Positions 1 through 13,326 are shown, counted from the first letter of the stretch. The stretch: 64,000 nt of DNA from Eledone cirrhosa (GCA_964016885.1 OZ024741.1:217558001-217622000), one strand, 5' to 3'. The notes: generated by a model from the letters alone, not told the origin. Made by a program: numbers and translations.

Positions 1-95
1 CGCAGAGCTCAAGCCGCTTCGACGGCTATTTCTGGACCAGAAATAGCCGTCGAAACGGCTTGAGCTCTGCCGTCGGGGTCCTACTTTTTCCTATA
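1..95. mobile_element. Fold-back (palindromic) Penelope-like element derivative containing the 3' half of a hammerhead; cut by the window edge
   Basis: Hairpin GAGCTCAAGCCGCTTCGACGGCTATTTCTGG-A-CCAGAAATAGCCGTCGAAACGGCTTGAGCTC. Same family as 31438-31645. Followed by (TA)n. Confidence 0.65.
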
Positions 96-101
96 TATAT
101 A

Positions 102-300
102 TCATCAACGTTTAACATCTATTTTCCACACTAGCATGGGTTAGGTGGTTTGTCCTGTTTGAGGCAAGTTGGGCGGGTCAGGTGACCATGTCTTGCTCAT
201 ACAGAACTGTTTCTAGAGTGGTTACGGCTGGATGCCTTTCCTAATGCCAACCACATTTATAGTGTGGGCTGGGAGCTTTTTGTCGTGACATCTACATGAC
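102..300 (-). mobile_element. RTE-tailed SINE fragment
   Basis: Reverse complement resembles 15177-15410 and 21825-22125 (AGGAAAGGCATCCAGC … CCCATGCTAGTGTGGAAAA … tail). Confidence 0.7.
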
Positions 301-309
301 CACTTTACA

Positions 310-357
<48 letters not shown>

Positions 358-519
358 CATATATATATGTATAGATATATAATGTGTGTGTATATGTCTA
401 TATATATGTGTGTATATCTATATAATCCTTATGGCTAATCGTTTCTATTTTAAAATTACGTAATATCACAGACCTAATCTATGAGAAGTCTTCAATACAC
501 CCCCCCCCCCCCCTGCCAT

Positions 520-946
520 TGTAAAGGGGGCGGTTTATATAGAGTTGCAACCAGATGAGAGAACAAAAACAAAAATAAATTAACTAAATTACTAATCTCT
601 TAATATTTACAGAATCAAATATTTTGGAAGAAGAAGGTGGGAGTAGGGTAGTGTGGGGTGTGATGTGTTTATGTGGTGGGGACTTGGATTTTAATGACGT
701 CATATCCGGTTGCTTGCCCATTCATGAAGAAAAATATTTCTCGGTGAATAACTTCCTGTATTGCACAAAACAGCATGTCTGTGTGCACGCACCTGCCGTG
801 AGCTGCTCATGGGGTCCGGTGTTTCTGTTGGTTTAACTACCACCACCATCATCATCACTACAGCACCGCTAAACCACGTCTGCAGCCTGTCTTGTTGACT
901 TCACTCTTACCAAAGTAGAATCAGTTTGTTTACATCGAACACGAAA
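520..946 (+). promoter_or_regulatory. Candidate promoter/5' UTR with GC box, CRE and ETS-like site
   Basis: GGGGCGG near 527-533, perfect TGACGTCA at 695-702 followed by ATCCGGT, TGCACGC at 784-790 and TGTTTAC at 927-933. This is unique sequence immediately upstream of the candidate ATG. Confidence 0.4.
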
Positions 947-956
947 ATGTCTGCAG
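947..956 (+). CDS. Probable first coding exon (ATG TCT GCA G|gt) of the UBL-repeat/TIR-domain gene
   Basis: AAAATG start context, CAG|GTATTT donor, and a phase-1 end that matches the phase required by the exon at 44572. It lies downstream of a non-repetitive promoter-like segment. The link across a 43.6-kb intron is inferred. Confidence 0.5.
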
Positions 957-1092
957 GTATTTCTAAATGTGCGCGAAATTGTACATTCAAGTTTCTACTC
1001 ATGTTTTAAACAGCCATTTATTTCGACTTTTCGTTCTTAAAAATATAACCATATTTTGTGTGTGTATATCTCTCTCTCTCTCTATATATATA

Positions 1093-1123
<31 letters not shown>

Positions 1124-1158
1124 CGATCTATTTACTTATATATCCATCTATCTATATA

Positions 1159-1259
1159 AAGGGTGTTCTCCAAAAATGTATACACACTTCAACAGCATTC
1201 TAATAAATATTTCTTGTAAAGGTAATTAAAGTGTGTATACACTTTTTAGGGACACCCTG
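1159..1259. mobile_element. Tc1/mariner-type MITE
   Basis: Imperfect ~33-bp TIRs (AGGGTGTTCTCCAAAAATGTATACACACTT / AAGTGTGTATACACTTTTTAGGGACACCCTG) flanked by TA. Confidence 0.7.
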
Positions 1260-1652
1260 TATATATATATATATATATGCATGCGTTCTTTTACTGGTAC
1301 CAGTCATTGGACTGAGAACATGCTCGTACCACTTTCTATCTATCTGTCTGTCTGTCTGTCTCTTTATCTGTCTACATTTTCATCTTTCTTTCTATCTGTC
1401 ATTTATATTGTATACTCCGCTCACATGTTTGTCCGTTCTATGTACGCGTGTATATAAAACAGCGCCTTAATAACAATAGTATATATATGTATATATAATG
1501 TGTATATGTTTACAGAGGGGGTGGGGCAGGTTATTAAAAAATGTCGATGAAAATCAGTCTTTATTTTACACATTCATAATTGTCTTCTATTTGAAATAAA
1601 AATCGATACAAACGCGAGTCAACTACATGCACACACTCATACATAAACATAG

Positions 1653-1712
<60 letters not shown>

Positions 1713-2049
1713 ATATACACACAATGACACATATATACATAAACAGACACACATTGCTGTGTTTGTATATTTCTGTATACATAAACACACACACACACAC
1801 ACACACACGTGTGTACGTCCGTCCATATTCACAAGCAATACACTGTGTTAATTAAGAGACCGGTTCTCAAACTTGACGGTGTATGTATCTCGCCCCATAA
1901 CAATATATACTTTGTCAATATTATACAATTTTAATTCAATCTTGTAGTATATAGCCTAGCAATAAAATAGGGTGTATATATATATATATATATATGACCT
2001 TAAATGTGTATATATATATATAGATAGATATATGTGTGTGTATCCATAT

Positions 2050-2225
2050 GTGGTAGACGGCTGAGAGAAAAAAAGTACTCAATACCGAAGTAGAGTTTTA
2101 ATATTCATTTTATTGGGGCTAAATAGTGAGTTTTGTTACTCTGGAGTTTCGCCTGTTTATCACAGGGTCAAACAGGCGAAACTCCAGAGTAACAAGACTC
2201 ACTATTTACCCTTAATAAAATGAAT
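2050..2225 (-). mobile_element. Fold-back PLE derivative
   Basis: Inverted arms at 2103-2225 around GTTTC-GCCTGTTT…AAACAGGC-GAAAC. Shares the ACTCTAC…GTATTGAGTACT motif (minus strand) with the elements at 16850 and 31570. Confidence 0.6.
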
Positions 2226-2668
2226 CACACACGCACACACACAAACACACATATATATATACATACACACAGTTTCTCAATACATTAATTTGCCCTGCAT
2301 TATATAATGTACTGTGTACACCTACAGTACATTAGGGTGTTAATATATATGTTTGTGTCAATACAATTATAACTCTATACTGTAACCCAGCTGTATAGAT
2401 ATATATATATATGTACCTTCTCAATACACTGTAATTTAACCCTGTACTATATACCCCAGTAGTACATTAGGGTGATGAAATATTTTTAAATTATATTTAA
2501 TTTACTCCCCTCCCCATCACTCCGTTTTCTCATGAATTCTATCATAAAAATTGTCTGTTGTTAGGTTGAACTGAAAGCTTCAAATTGATAATTTTTATCC
2601 GCTTATTAGTCATGTGGGTTTAGTATATATATATATATATATATAAAAATACATTATGAAGAGAGAAG

Positions 2669-2772
2669 AAACATTTAGATATAATTAGTAATAAAATGTA
2701 TCATACCTAAACTGTTCCTACAGGAACAGTTTAGGTATGATACATTTTATTACTAATTATATCTAAATGTTT
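2669..2772. repeat. Perfect 51-bp-arm palindrome with 2-nt loop
   Basis: 2669-2719 is the reverse complement of 2722-2772. Confidence 0.9.
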
Positions 2773-3014
2773 TAACTCTGATACTGGTTCAGTCTGGTTC
2801 AAACTGAATTGGTCTGTCCCAGTCATTCATTGAGCAACATCGGTGAAGTTGGCACCCTTAACTCACAGTTGGGTGCGGATGCATTCATGTATATATGTGT
2901 GTGTCCGCATGTATCTGTGTGTTTCTAAATATATATATATATATATACTAATGCGTGTGTGCGTGCGCGCGTATTTATGGACGTGTACATATGTGATTAT
3001 TGGCGTGTATACAT

Positions 3015-3046
<32 letters not shown>

Positions 3047-3939
3047 GTATATATACATACATAGTTAATGGTCTTGAGAAGGGCATGAAGGCCACTCAAT
3101 CTTAGTCGTTTCCATTTTCTTATTTAATGTATGAAACCTAAATCTGTATAAAAAGTTTTTTTCCCCACACTCGGTATAACTAAATTACCCCCGCCCCCAG
3201 AGTATCATTTAATTTAATTGTGAGTGGCATGAACGCCTCAGCATCACATTCTCACTACCTCCTCCATCATCAGACACACACACACATATATATACATCCC
3301 TCTCCAACTCCATATTTCACATTAAAATCTCTCTCAACGATAAATGAAGCCCTTAAACACTTTATTTTGTTTAACTGGGAGAGGCATGAACGCCCCACCA
3401 CCACTATATATGTATGTATGTATATGTGTATATATATGTATGTATATGTGTGTGTGTCCCTGTCCAACTCTGTAAAAGCTCACTCAGTTTTACATATTGT
3501 GAAGAATTAAATCAATAATTTACAATCCCCCCCGCCGCCCCGTTCAATTCTCAAAACTGAATTCATCCCTTTTTCTCTTCTCCCATCTCTCTCTCCCTCT
3601 CACTGTATATATATATATATATATATATAATGTGTGTGTATGTGTCAAAATTGATTTCATCCCTTTATTTTCTCACTATTATCGTCTCTCTATCATTATA
3701 TATTTTATATAAATAAATATATATAATATATATAAAACATTATATATATATAATATATATAAAACATTATATAAAAAACATTATATATATATATCTATAT
3801 CTCATATAGATATATATATAGTGGGAGAGAGGGAGTATATTTATGTTGGTAAGTGTGAGGGCGCGCGCGCGCGCGTTATTTGTCTTCGTCGAAATATTAA
3901 ATAAAAGCTATTAAGATTGAGAATCGTTCATGATACAGT

Positions 3940-3987
<48 letters not shown>

Positions 3988-4164
3988 CGCGCACGCACAA
4001 ACATATACGTAAACAAACATTATTTAACAACATTCATACAATCACACATACACGCTCACTCACATTCATAAACGTGTTTATATATGTTGGTAAGTATCTA
4101 TGTATATATGTGTACTTGTGTGTATACGCATGTGTATATGTATATATGTATATATATATACACA

Positions 4165-4209
<45 letters not shown>

Positions 4210-4907
4210 AGAGGACTGTCTTTGTTTAATCAAGCCTAATAAACCTTTATTTTCCACTGTCTCTCTCTATTTGTTTTACAGTAGATCTAATATATACTTA
4301 TGTGTGTTTATGTGTGTGTGTACATACACACGTACTCGCGCGCGCGCGCGCACAAACACATAAGTACACGTACATACATACATACATACAAGACTCGCCC
4401 CAACAAAGAAGTTCGCTTTAAATAAAATAAAATATAATTTTCTAAAATGGTGTTGATGTTGTTGGTATTTGTGGTGTTGGTATTGGTTGTGTGGTGGATA
4501 CATTCTATAAATAAAAATGTATTCCAATATTACTCTGTGTATGTTTTGGATATTGTAAAATAGCGATCGATACTTCTATTTCTCCCCTCCCCCTTCTATG
4601 GAGAGATTTTTGAAAGAATTTCGCTGCTTTGTTTAAAATATTCCCCAATATTTTTTCGTTTTTTATTATTTTTTTAGGGGTTCAGCCTTCTTCTATAGCA
4701 CTATTGTTTCACCCTATATTGCTCTAACCCTTTATTTCTATCCCCTTTTCTTTATTTTTGGTTTGTTTTTTAAAATTGATATTATCAAATTATAAATTAT
4801 TAAATCGTAATTTTATTTATGGCAAGAATTTTTGTATATATACATATATATTATATATATTTTTAAAAAAATGTAAGATATTATATTTTAACTCAATGGC
4901 GCATGAA

Positions 4908-4976
<69 letters not shown>

Positions 4977-5283
4977 GCAAGTCTCTTGTCAGTTTTATTA
5001 AAGCATGATTCCTTATTTTATAAAATTGGTATTCATATTTTTAACATGATAGCTGTAACATGAAACTACTCCCTACTGCAATTCCCTTGTTTTTTTTTCT
5101 TCTATCCACTCCCTCCCTTTTATTTTTTTTTAAGAGAAAATTCTATTCATTTTGTAGGGAGTGTAGGGAGAAGAGAATTTTTGTCATAATGATGAAATTT
5201 CCTGCTTCTCTGTTGCAATATAGGAAAGAGGACATGATATAATTAACTTGCATATCATATACAATATACCATACACAGATGTA

Positions 5284-5315
<32 letters not shown>

Positions 5316-5391
5316 CATATATATATGTGTGTGTATATATATATACATATATATGTGTATATATATATATATACTATAGATATATTATAGA

Positions 5392-5423
<32 letters not shown>

Positions 5424-5564
5424 CACACATATATAAATACATGCACATATATTGTCTAGAGGACTAGTCCTGTTTCATTCTCCACTTAATGCATTCAGTA
5501 CCTTACTTTAATTGTGGTTCCATCTTCTATTCTTTAAAGCTAAACCATTCAACTGTATATATAA

Positions 5565-7070
5565 GTGGTAGTGCTGGTGTCATTATGAAAACACCCAGTT
5601 TACCCTATAAAATGGTAGTGCTGGTGTCATGATAAAATACACTCAGTACACCCTGTAAAGTGGAAGTGCTAGTGTCATTATAAAAACACTCAGTTCACAC
5701 TGTAAAGTGGTAGTTCTGGTGTCGTTATAAACACATCCAGTACACCCTGTAATGTGGTGGTGCTGGTGTCCTGATAAAAACACCCAGTCCACACTGTAAA
5801 GTGTTAGTGTTGGTGTCATGATAAAAACACCCAGTCCACACTGTAAAGTGTTAGTGTTGGTGTCATGATAAAAACACCCAGTCCATTCTGTAAAGTGGTA
5901 GTGCTGGTGTCATGATAAAACACACCCAGTCCACACTGTAAAGTGTTAGTGTTGGTGTCATGATAAAAACACCCAGTCCACACTGTAAAGTGGTAGTGTT
6001 GGTGTCATGATAAAAACACCCAGTCCACACTGTAAAGTGTTAGTGTTGGTGTCATGATAAAAACACCCAGTCCACACTGTAAAGTGTTAGTGCTGGTGTC
6101 ATGATAAAACACACCCAGTCCACACTGTAAAGTGGTAGTGCTGGTGTCATGATAAAACACACCCAGTCCACACTGTAAAGTGTTAGTGTTGGTGTCATGA
6201 TAAAAACACCCAGTCCACACTGTAAAGTGGTAGTGCTGGTGTCATGATAAAACACACCCAGTCCACACTGTAAAGTGTTAGTGTTGGTGTCATGATAAAA
6301 ACATCCAGTCCACACTGTAAAGTGGTAGTGCTGGTGTCATGATAAAACACACCCAGTCCACACTGTAAAGTGTTAGTGTTGGTGTCATGATAAAAACACC
6401 CAGTCCACACTGTAAAGTGTTAGTGTTGGTGTCATGATAAAAACACCCAGTCCACACTGTAAAGTGTTAGTGTTGGTGTCATGATAAAAACACCCAGTCC
6501 ACACTGTAAAGTGGTAGTGCTGGTGTCATGATAAAACACACCCAGTCCACACTGTAAAGTGTTAGTGTTGGTGTCATGATAAAAACACCCAGTCCACACT
6601 GTAAAGTGGTAGTGCTGGTGTCATGATAAAACACACCCAGTCCACACTGTAAAGTGTTAGTGTTGGTGTCATGATAAAAACATCCAGTCCACACTGTAAA
6701 GTGGTAGTGCTGGTGTCATGATAAAACACACCCAGTCCACACTGTAAAGTGGTAGTGCTGGTGTCATGATAAAAACACCCAGTCCACACTGTAAAGTGTT
6801 AGTGTTGGTGTCATGATAAAAACACCCAGTCCACACTGTAAAGTGTTAGTGTTGGTGTCATGATAAAAACACCCAGTCCACACTGTAAAGTGTTAGTGTT
6901 ATGATAAAAACACCCAGTCCATTCTGTAAAGTGGTAGTGCTGGTGTCATGATAAAACACACCCAGTCCACACTGTAAAGTAGTGCTGATGCACACGTAGT
7001 ACACTCTGTAAAGTAATAGTGTAGGTGCAATGATAAAATACACCCAGTACACTTTGTGAGGTGGTAGTGA
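5565..7070. repeat. Tandem satellite, 47-48-bp unit
   Basis: About 30 copies of CCCAGTCCACACTGTAAAGTG(G/T)TAGTG(C/T)TGGTGTCATGATAAAAACA. Homogeneous centre, diverged edges. Confidence 0.95.
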
Positions 7071-7187
7071 AACATGATTCTCTGAACCATCTAGGAAGGT
7101 AGTAATTCTCAATAAGGACTAACTTGACTAACAACCTGTCTAACCCATACCAGCATGGAAAGTAAATGGGAATAATGATAGGACTTA

Positions 7188-7365
7188 TAATTGTTTCTAC
7201 TTTTGGCACAAGGCCAGCAATTATCCCAGTGCATTACTGGTACTTTATTTTATCGACCCTGTAAGGATGAAAGGCAAAGTTAACCTCGGCAGGATTTGAA
7301 CCCAGACCATAAAGGGGGAACTCTTTGCTGCAAAGCATGGTGTCCGACCTTCTACCAATCCAACG
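7188..7365 (-). mobile_element. tRNA-derived SINE, family A (Nin/Deu-like body)
   Basis: Reverse complement of the 14228-14420 family. Confidence 0.8.
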
Positions 7366-7379
7366 ATGAAGTATATATG

Positions 7380-8350
7380 ACGATGATGATCATCATTTCA
7401 TACCCCTTTTTACCTTGCTGACATGGGTTCAACGTGTCCTCTCCAGTACAACCCTCTCCATTCATTCAGTTCCTTTGTCATCTCATCTCTGAGGGTGAAT
7501 GTTTTAAGATCTGCTCTACCCACCTCTGCCCGGGTCTTCCTCAAGCTTCCCTTACTGTAGATTCCTTCCACTAGGATCTCTTGACACTTTTCCACCCAAC
7601 TAACATCATTTATATGAAGGACATCACATGTCCACACCAGTGCAGTCTTCTTTTTTGCAAACTGCATCTGATATTTCTTATACCCAGTTTTTCTCTTAAC
7701 TCATCCATACTTCCTCATACATTTACATTAACATTACACATCCATCAGAACCAGCTTGACTTGTTTCTATCCAGCCTCTCTATATCCTCTGCATTCAATG
7801 TCATACAACATTGCACTTCTTACAGATTAATCATATAATCTACACTTCACTTATAGGGAGAAACCATTTGTTCTCAATAGGAGTAGTAGCAGCTTTCTGA
7901 ACTTTTTCAATTCTGTTCTTATTCTAGTCACTATACTTTTAGATCAACTTCCACCACTACTAATTAGATCACATAGGTAGCGAGATCTATCAACTACTTC
8001 TATGGAGCCTTCCCTGAGTTGGAAAATGTTTATTTCATTGAGAATCTTACTAACGAACTATCCCTGTGTATCTCCCATATATAAAGTCTACCTTTTCTGT
8101 TAGCCTACCTGCTATCCTATAACATCACCTGAGTACCTATATTTTACATTATGTACATTATATATTATTCCTATTTACTCTTTTCTTACTTAAAGAGAAT
8201 GGCTTTGGCTAGTTCCTTGATGGCACCAGCACCCTATATTCTTGTACCAGCGCCCTATATTCTTGTCTACTTACAAAAACTTTGGTCTTTGCTAAGTTTA
8301 CTCTGATCTCTTTTGATTCTATGTTGTTTCCAGAACAGGAACATTGTTTG
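7380..8350 (-). mobile_element. Old degenerate RTE LINE 3' fragment
   Basis: Minus-strand peptide WVEKCQEILVEG…RKTRAEVGRADLK matches the C-terminus of the 38074-41190 ORF. (CAT)n tail at ~7380-7398. Confidence 0.8.
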
Positions 8351-8880
8351 TAGCTTTTCTACAGTGTGCCTGAGAACCAGGTATTAATAAACAGTTGTCA
8401 TGGGCAAGTTGTCTTAAAACGTGTGTTTATGAGGGGAGGGGGGGGGGCAAGCAGCCTTAAACCTTTGGTATATATCTGTGTATGTGGGTGAGAGAGAGAG
8501 AGTAGAGACCTCTGTATTTTCATACATTACCTTCATATTGTACTAATAACTTTGTTTCACCCACTCATCGACTCACACTACCACAGTTGCCAACCTCTAG
8601 TGGATGCTGTCATTTAATTGCAAATTCTTAAGTTTCAAATATGAATAGAAAGTATCATAGGTTAAGGAGTTTGCTTTCAAACCATATCATATTCTATGAT
8701 AAGCTTGGGTTGACCAATTCCTTGTGGCTGGAATTTGGTAGGCAGCTACTGCGGAATCCTGTTGATGTGTGTGTGTATATATATGTGTGTATGTAAAAGG
8801 TAAACAGAAATAACAACACAATCGGTACAGTATATGAAAGGGATATATTAGGTTAACGCTTGAAATAGCAGGAAGAGGGT

Positions 8881-8914
8881 CTTAACGTTTCGGACACTAG
8901 TCTTTCATCAGAAG
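8881..8914 (-). ncRNA. Minimal hammerhead ribozyme-like motif (degenerate)
   Basis: Minus strand CTT-CTGATGA-AAGAC TAGT GTCC-GAAAC-GTT-AAG. Core intact, stem II imperfect, palindromic stem III, 3-bp stem I. Confidence 0.5.
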
Positions 8915-9034
8915 AAAGAATGAGAAATAAGATAGATTGAGGGGACGGGCGGGGTGGAATTGGAAAAAATGTCTTTAGATAAAAATAACATGTTGACATC
9001 TCTTGCAAAACTGTTGGTACTGGCATTTTGTGTA

Positions 9035-9074
<40 letters not shown>

Positions 9075-10489
9075 AACAGAGTGGCTTCATCGACTGCTCC
9101 ATGCATGCACAATCTACACACTTGGACTAGTGAAGGAAGAACATCTTATTCGTTTCCATTTTTCATTTGAAAAGAGGGTACTAACACTGAAATATCATGT
9201 CGAAATAAACTGGGTTAAAAAACTTTACTTTGTTTCTTTGTATTTGTCATCCTTTGTACGTTATATATTTCTACCACATTGTCATCACCAACCAATTATT
9301 ACACACACAGACACACACACGGCTTCTGTTCTGGAATTTGCTACAATGTAGGTGAGGTTATAAATATTGAAAGCAACAAAATTGGGTGAAGAGAAGTGAG
9401 GTTGAGAGTGAAGAGAAAAAATGACCTTGGTAATACTTATTAGTCCCAATATATTTTGGATATACCATCTATTATCAAGGGAACCAATGGGAACATTGGA
9501 GAATGTTGGAGAGGACCTTTCTATGCCTCTGTTTGTCTCATGCTAGAGTTAGAGCATGCAAATTTCAGTCAGTTCAAAGACATGACAACCTCCCTTGTGC
9601 TGGTGCCACACTAAAATACTCTGTATAGTGCAAGAATGTATGTAAATGGGATGTAACACCTGGCTCATCTCAGTGGTCAGTGGCTCTAGTTATGTGATGA
9701 CCTGTCCAACCCTTGCTAACAGAGACAACGGATATTAAATGATGATGGCATATATTTATAATATCTACAAAAGGTGGTGCCCTAGTCCTCAACCAGATGA
9801 CTGGAACAGGTAAAAGTAAATATGTGATTCTGTAGATGTCATCTGGACAGTTAGATTCATTGTTCAGCAGGTCTTCATTGCTAAATAAATGAAGGCCGGA
9901 AGATGTCTTCTTGAGTTTGTACAGGTTACTCACCCAACTGATAGCTGGTGTTAGGGAGGGCATCCTGCTGTAGCTACCAAACCAAACTAGAATATTTGAG
10001 CAAGACATGTTTCTTCAACCTATCCTGGAGGGCAGTAACTCTAAGTAATGAAAATAGGTAAAAAAATATATAGACCAAAGTATTTTATTTGATTGTCAAA
10101 GATATTTACATTGCTAAAATATATAGTTTGAAATAATGGTGGAGTGGTTTTATTATATACCAAGGAATCTATATTTTATATTTGTATGGAATGCGTTGTT
10201 GCATTCCATTCTGTTCCACATTTGGTAAAGGGAAGACAAAAATACTTCAATGTAAAAATATTGACAATTCTAGACAAACATTGACATCTTCAACATTAGT
10301 CATAATAATGATAATAATAGTAATAATAATATTGGTAATATTGATACTAATAATAATATAATAATGAAAATAATAAAATATAAACAGTAATAAATATATC
10401 AATAACAATAATAATAGTTCCTTTATTAGCCACACAGGGCTGACATCAAGAAAACAACAACAATAATGATGTTTATAATAAAAATAATA

Positions 10490-10603
10490 ATTGTTTCTAC
10501 GTTAGGCACAAGGCCAGCAATTACCCAGTGTATTACTGGTACTTTATTTTATCGACCCCGTAAGGATGAAAGGCAAAGTTAACCTCGGCGGGATTTGAAC
10601 TCA
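10490..10603 (-). mobile_element. SINE family A, 5'-truncated
   Basis: Matches the reverse complement of 14305-14420. Confidence 0.8.
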
Positions 10604-10670
10604 TAAAAATAATAATGATGAAAATAGAATATAAAAGTAATAATAAAAAATGATATAAAAATATCAGTAA

Positions 10671-11838
10671 TCTATACATCTATATAAAACTGTAGTTGTC
10701 TGTGTGTGTGTCCTCATTTTTGCAAAGTCTATTCAAATCCACATTTCTACTCTGATTGACTTCAAACTTGCATTTATATATTCCTTGCGGTCTAAAGATA
10801 TTAACTGCAGCTTTTATTTTTCAATTTTGTGTTGTTAAAGGGGTGTTAGGCGCCAGTTATCGATCACCATCGCGCCCTTATAATATCTGTCTGTATGTCT
10901 GGCTGTCTGCATTACGACATTATGACAAACATTGCTGACGTATTATCTTCACTATTATCCGTTCATTGTCAGGAACGTCTTCATGAACCAAAGTATCGTC
11001 TTCCTGTTTTCCTTTGGTTGCAACGTTTTTCAAAATATTTACTTCTGCGTTCACAGATTGATTCTTTTTAGTTTCAGAAGATCCCGTTAAGGGTGAAAGC
11101 AGTGATTCTTTGCTTAAACTTTAATCTGTTATTTTAATATAAAATATAAGCAAGGCAAACCAGCCCAGTTGCACTTCTTGCCAATAAACATTAACCCTTT
11201 GTGCGCCATTCATCTAACTGTAGACCAACAAATACCAACTAAACGGAGCGTTGACAAGAACGATGGCAAATGAATCTTCGAGGTAAAGTTTCCTCCCGAG
11301 CTGTTAGTTCACGCAGGATTCTCTGCTACACCTTTTCGTAATAATACCTAACAACGTACTGCTGGTCATTCCTTCCTCCAAAAGCCGTACAAAGCGGACA
11401 TGTGCATCGGGCAGATGGATCGGGTGCAAATCTACACCAGGCCTACCGAGAAATTCGCAAGAGACTGCACCGAGAGGGATAGAGAGAAAGAGTAACTTAG
11501 TGGAAAGAATGCGAATGAACTTTTGAGGTAAGTAGCCTACGCCTTACTACTGTGACACTGGAACCTTCTGCCAACTTAACCTGTGACTTTCTCTTTCACA
11601 TTTACTCCAAAAGGCCAAAACAGAGGAGTATGAAAAGAAGAGGCTCAACAATATTTCTATGAACAATGCACATAGACAGCTAAACTGTACTTTCAACTTC
11701 TTAATTTTCTCCAAATAAAACAAGTTTCCTGTCGGTATACTTTCGTAAGTTTTTAACAGGCACTCACAAATAAACGTTTCTTATTGGAGGTGCTATTACC
11801 AATGTTCTTACCCGTGCAACGCCGGGATACACTGCTAG
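10671..11838 (+). mobile_element. Non-autonomous Helitron
   Basis: A|TC 5' end (TCTATACATCTATATAAAACTG), 3' hairpin CCCGTGC-AAC-GCCGGG (11811-11826), then CTAG|T at 11835-11839. No TSD. Confidence 0.75.
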
Positions 11839-11959
11839 TCATAATAATGTTTCCCAGAGTCTCAGCTGCCTTCAGAAAAATTCCTGATATATAAAAAGAA
11901 AAAAACTAAAATATGAAATGGAAAACAATATAAAAACATATATACCCCCCCCCCCCAAC

Positions 11960-12405
11960 ACATCACCACTACCACTAGTACTACTACTACTACCACCACT
12001 ACTACTACTACTACCACCACAAGTACCACTAGTACTACTACCACTACCACCACTACCATCAGCACCACCTCCACCACTACCATCACCACCACCTCTATCA
12101 CCATCACCGCCACCACCACTACCATAACCACCACCACCATAACCACGACCACCACCACCACCACCCCTACTACCATCACCACCACCCCTACTACCATCAC
12201 CACCACCACTACTACCATCACCACCACCACTACTACCATCACCACCACCACCATCATCACCACCACTACCAACACCACTACCATCATCATCATCACCATC
12301 TCCACCACCACTACCAACACCACCACTACCAACACCACCACCATCATCACCATCTCCACCTCCACCACTACCAACACCACTACCACCACCATCACCACCA
12401 GTACC
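11960..12405. repeat. Cryptic (CAC/TAC/CAT)n trinucleotide repeat
   Basis: Direct inspection. Confidence 0.9.
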
Positions 12406-12822
12406 ATGTTAGGGGATCGGAGTCAGGTATAAGAGGAGGGAGAGGTAACTCCTTGGGTTGTGTTGGGAGAAGGTGGGCAACTTACTGGGTTGTTTGGGGG
12501 TGGCAGGGAGGTTTAAATGAAAGAGAGAGGGCAACTCCTTGGGTAGTCTTTGGGGGGAAGTAGGGAGGTTTAAGAGAGAGAGAGGGTGGCAACTCCCTGG
12601 GTTGTGTTTGGGGATTGGAGGGAGGTTTGAGAAAGAGGAGAGGAGCAACTAATACAAGGGCATGTTTTGAAACCTAAGGCAGTGATTAACTGTGTTGAAC
12701 AAACAATATTTCAGCTCTGTTGGTAACATAGTGATGTTTTCCTTCATCCTTTCTATGGAAACTTTGTATATCTGTGTGTGTCTATATATATATATGTGTG
12801 TGTGTATATATATATATATATA

Positions 12823-13146
12823 CACTGTTGTCCCCCCCCCCACCCGGTATTTGTGGGGGTTAAGTTCCTAGAGCCCCTACGGATATTGAACGTGGTCCAT
12901 AAAAATGCCTATAAAACATCAAAACATAACATAAAATAAAGCCCGCAAATACAGTGTATTGTTGTTAATAATTTAGTGTTAAAAAGCGTGAAAATATATA
13001 TATTACTACGAAAAAGCCATAAAAAATCGCGGAAAATATCTAATATGCGGTGGTTTCTATGAACAATTATTAGTGAGGTTCTAAGGAAAATTCCATGAAT
13101 AATCGGGATCGTGAAATCTGGGACCGCGAATGTCATGGGTACACTG
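12823..13146. mobile_element. Degenerate pogo/Tigger-like MITE
   Basis: TA-flanked CA(C)TG…/…CACTG ends. Weak subterminal inverted similarity (ACCCGGTATTTGTGG / CCGCGAATGTCATGGGT). Confidence 0.45.
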
Positions 13147-13293
13147 TATTGCATATTGATTGTTTTGTGCTAAATGCTTTTGTTCATTTGTTTCTGTTCA
13201 TGTTTTTTTAAATTTTTATATACAACTTTGCTATATATAGATAGATATAGATATATGTGTGTATGTGTATATCTCTCTGTGTATATTTGTATC

Positions 13294-13326
<33 letters not shown>

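Noticed and set aside
3860-3876. (GC)n and (CA)n tracts as functional Z-DNA elements
   Set aside because: Such tracts are ubiquitous in this microsatellite-rich sequence, and nothing distinguishes these.
5565-7070. Regular arrays (also 22420-26845, 44826-46620, 52700-54110) as CRISPR-like loci
   Set aside because: There are no unique spacers and no cas genes, and the context is eukaryotic. These are head-to-tail satellites.
9160-9205. Hammerhead-like TTGAAAAGAGGG…ACTGAAATATCATGTC
   Set aside because: The CTGANGA core is not intact and the stems are weak.
11862-12407. 181-aa poly-Val ORF, and similar YI/CV/HT ORFs throughout the window
   Set aside because: Microsatellite artefacts.
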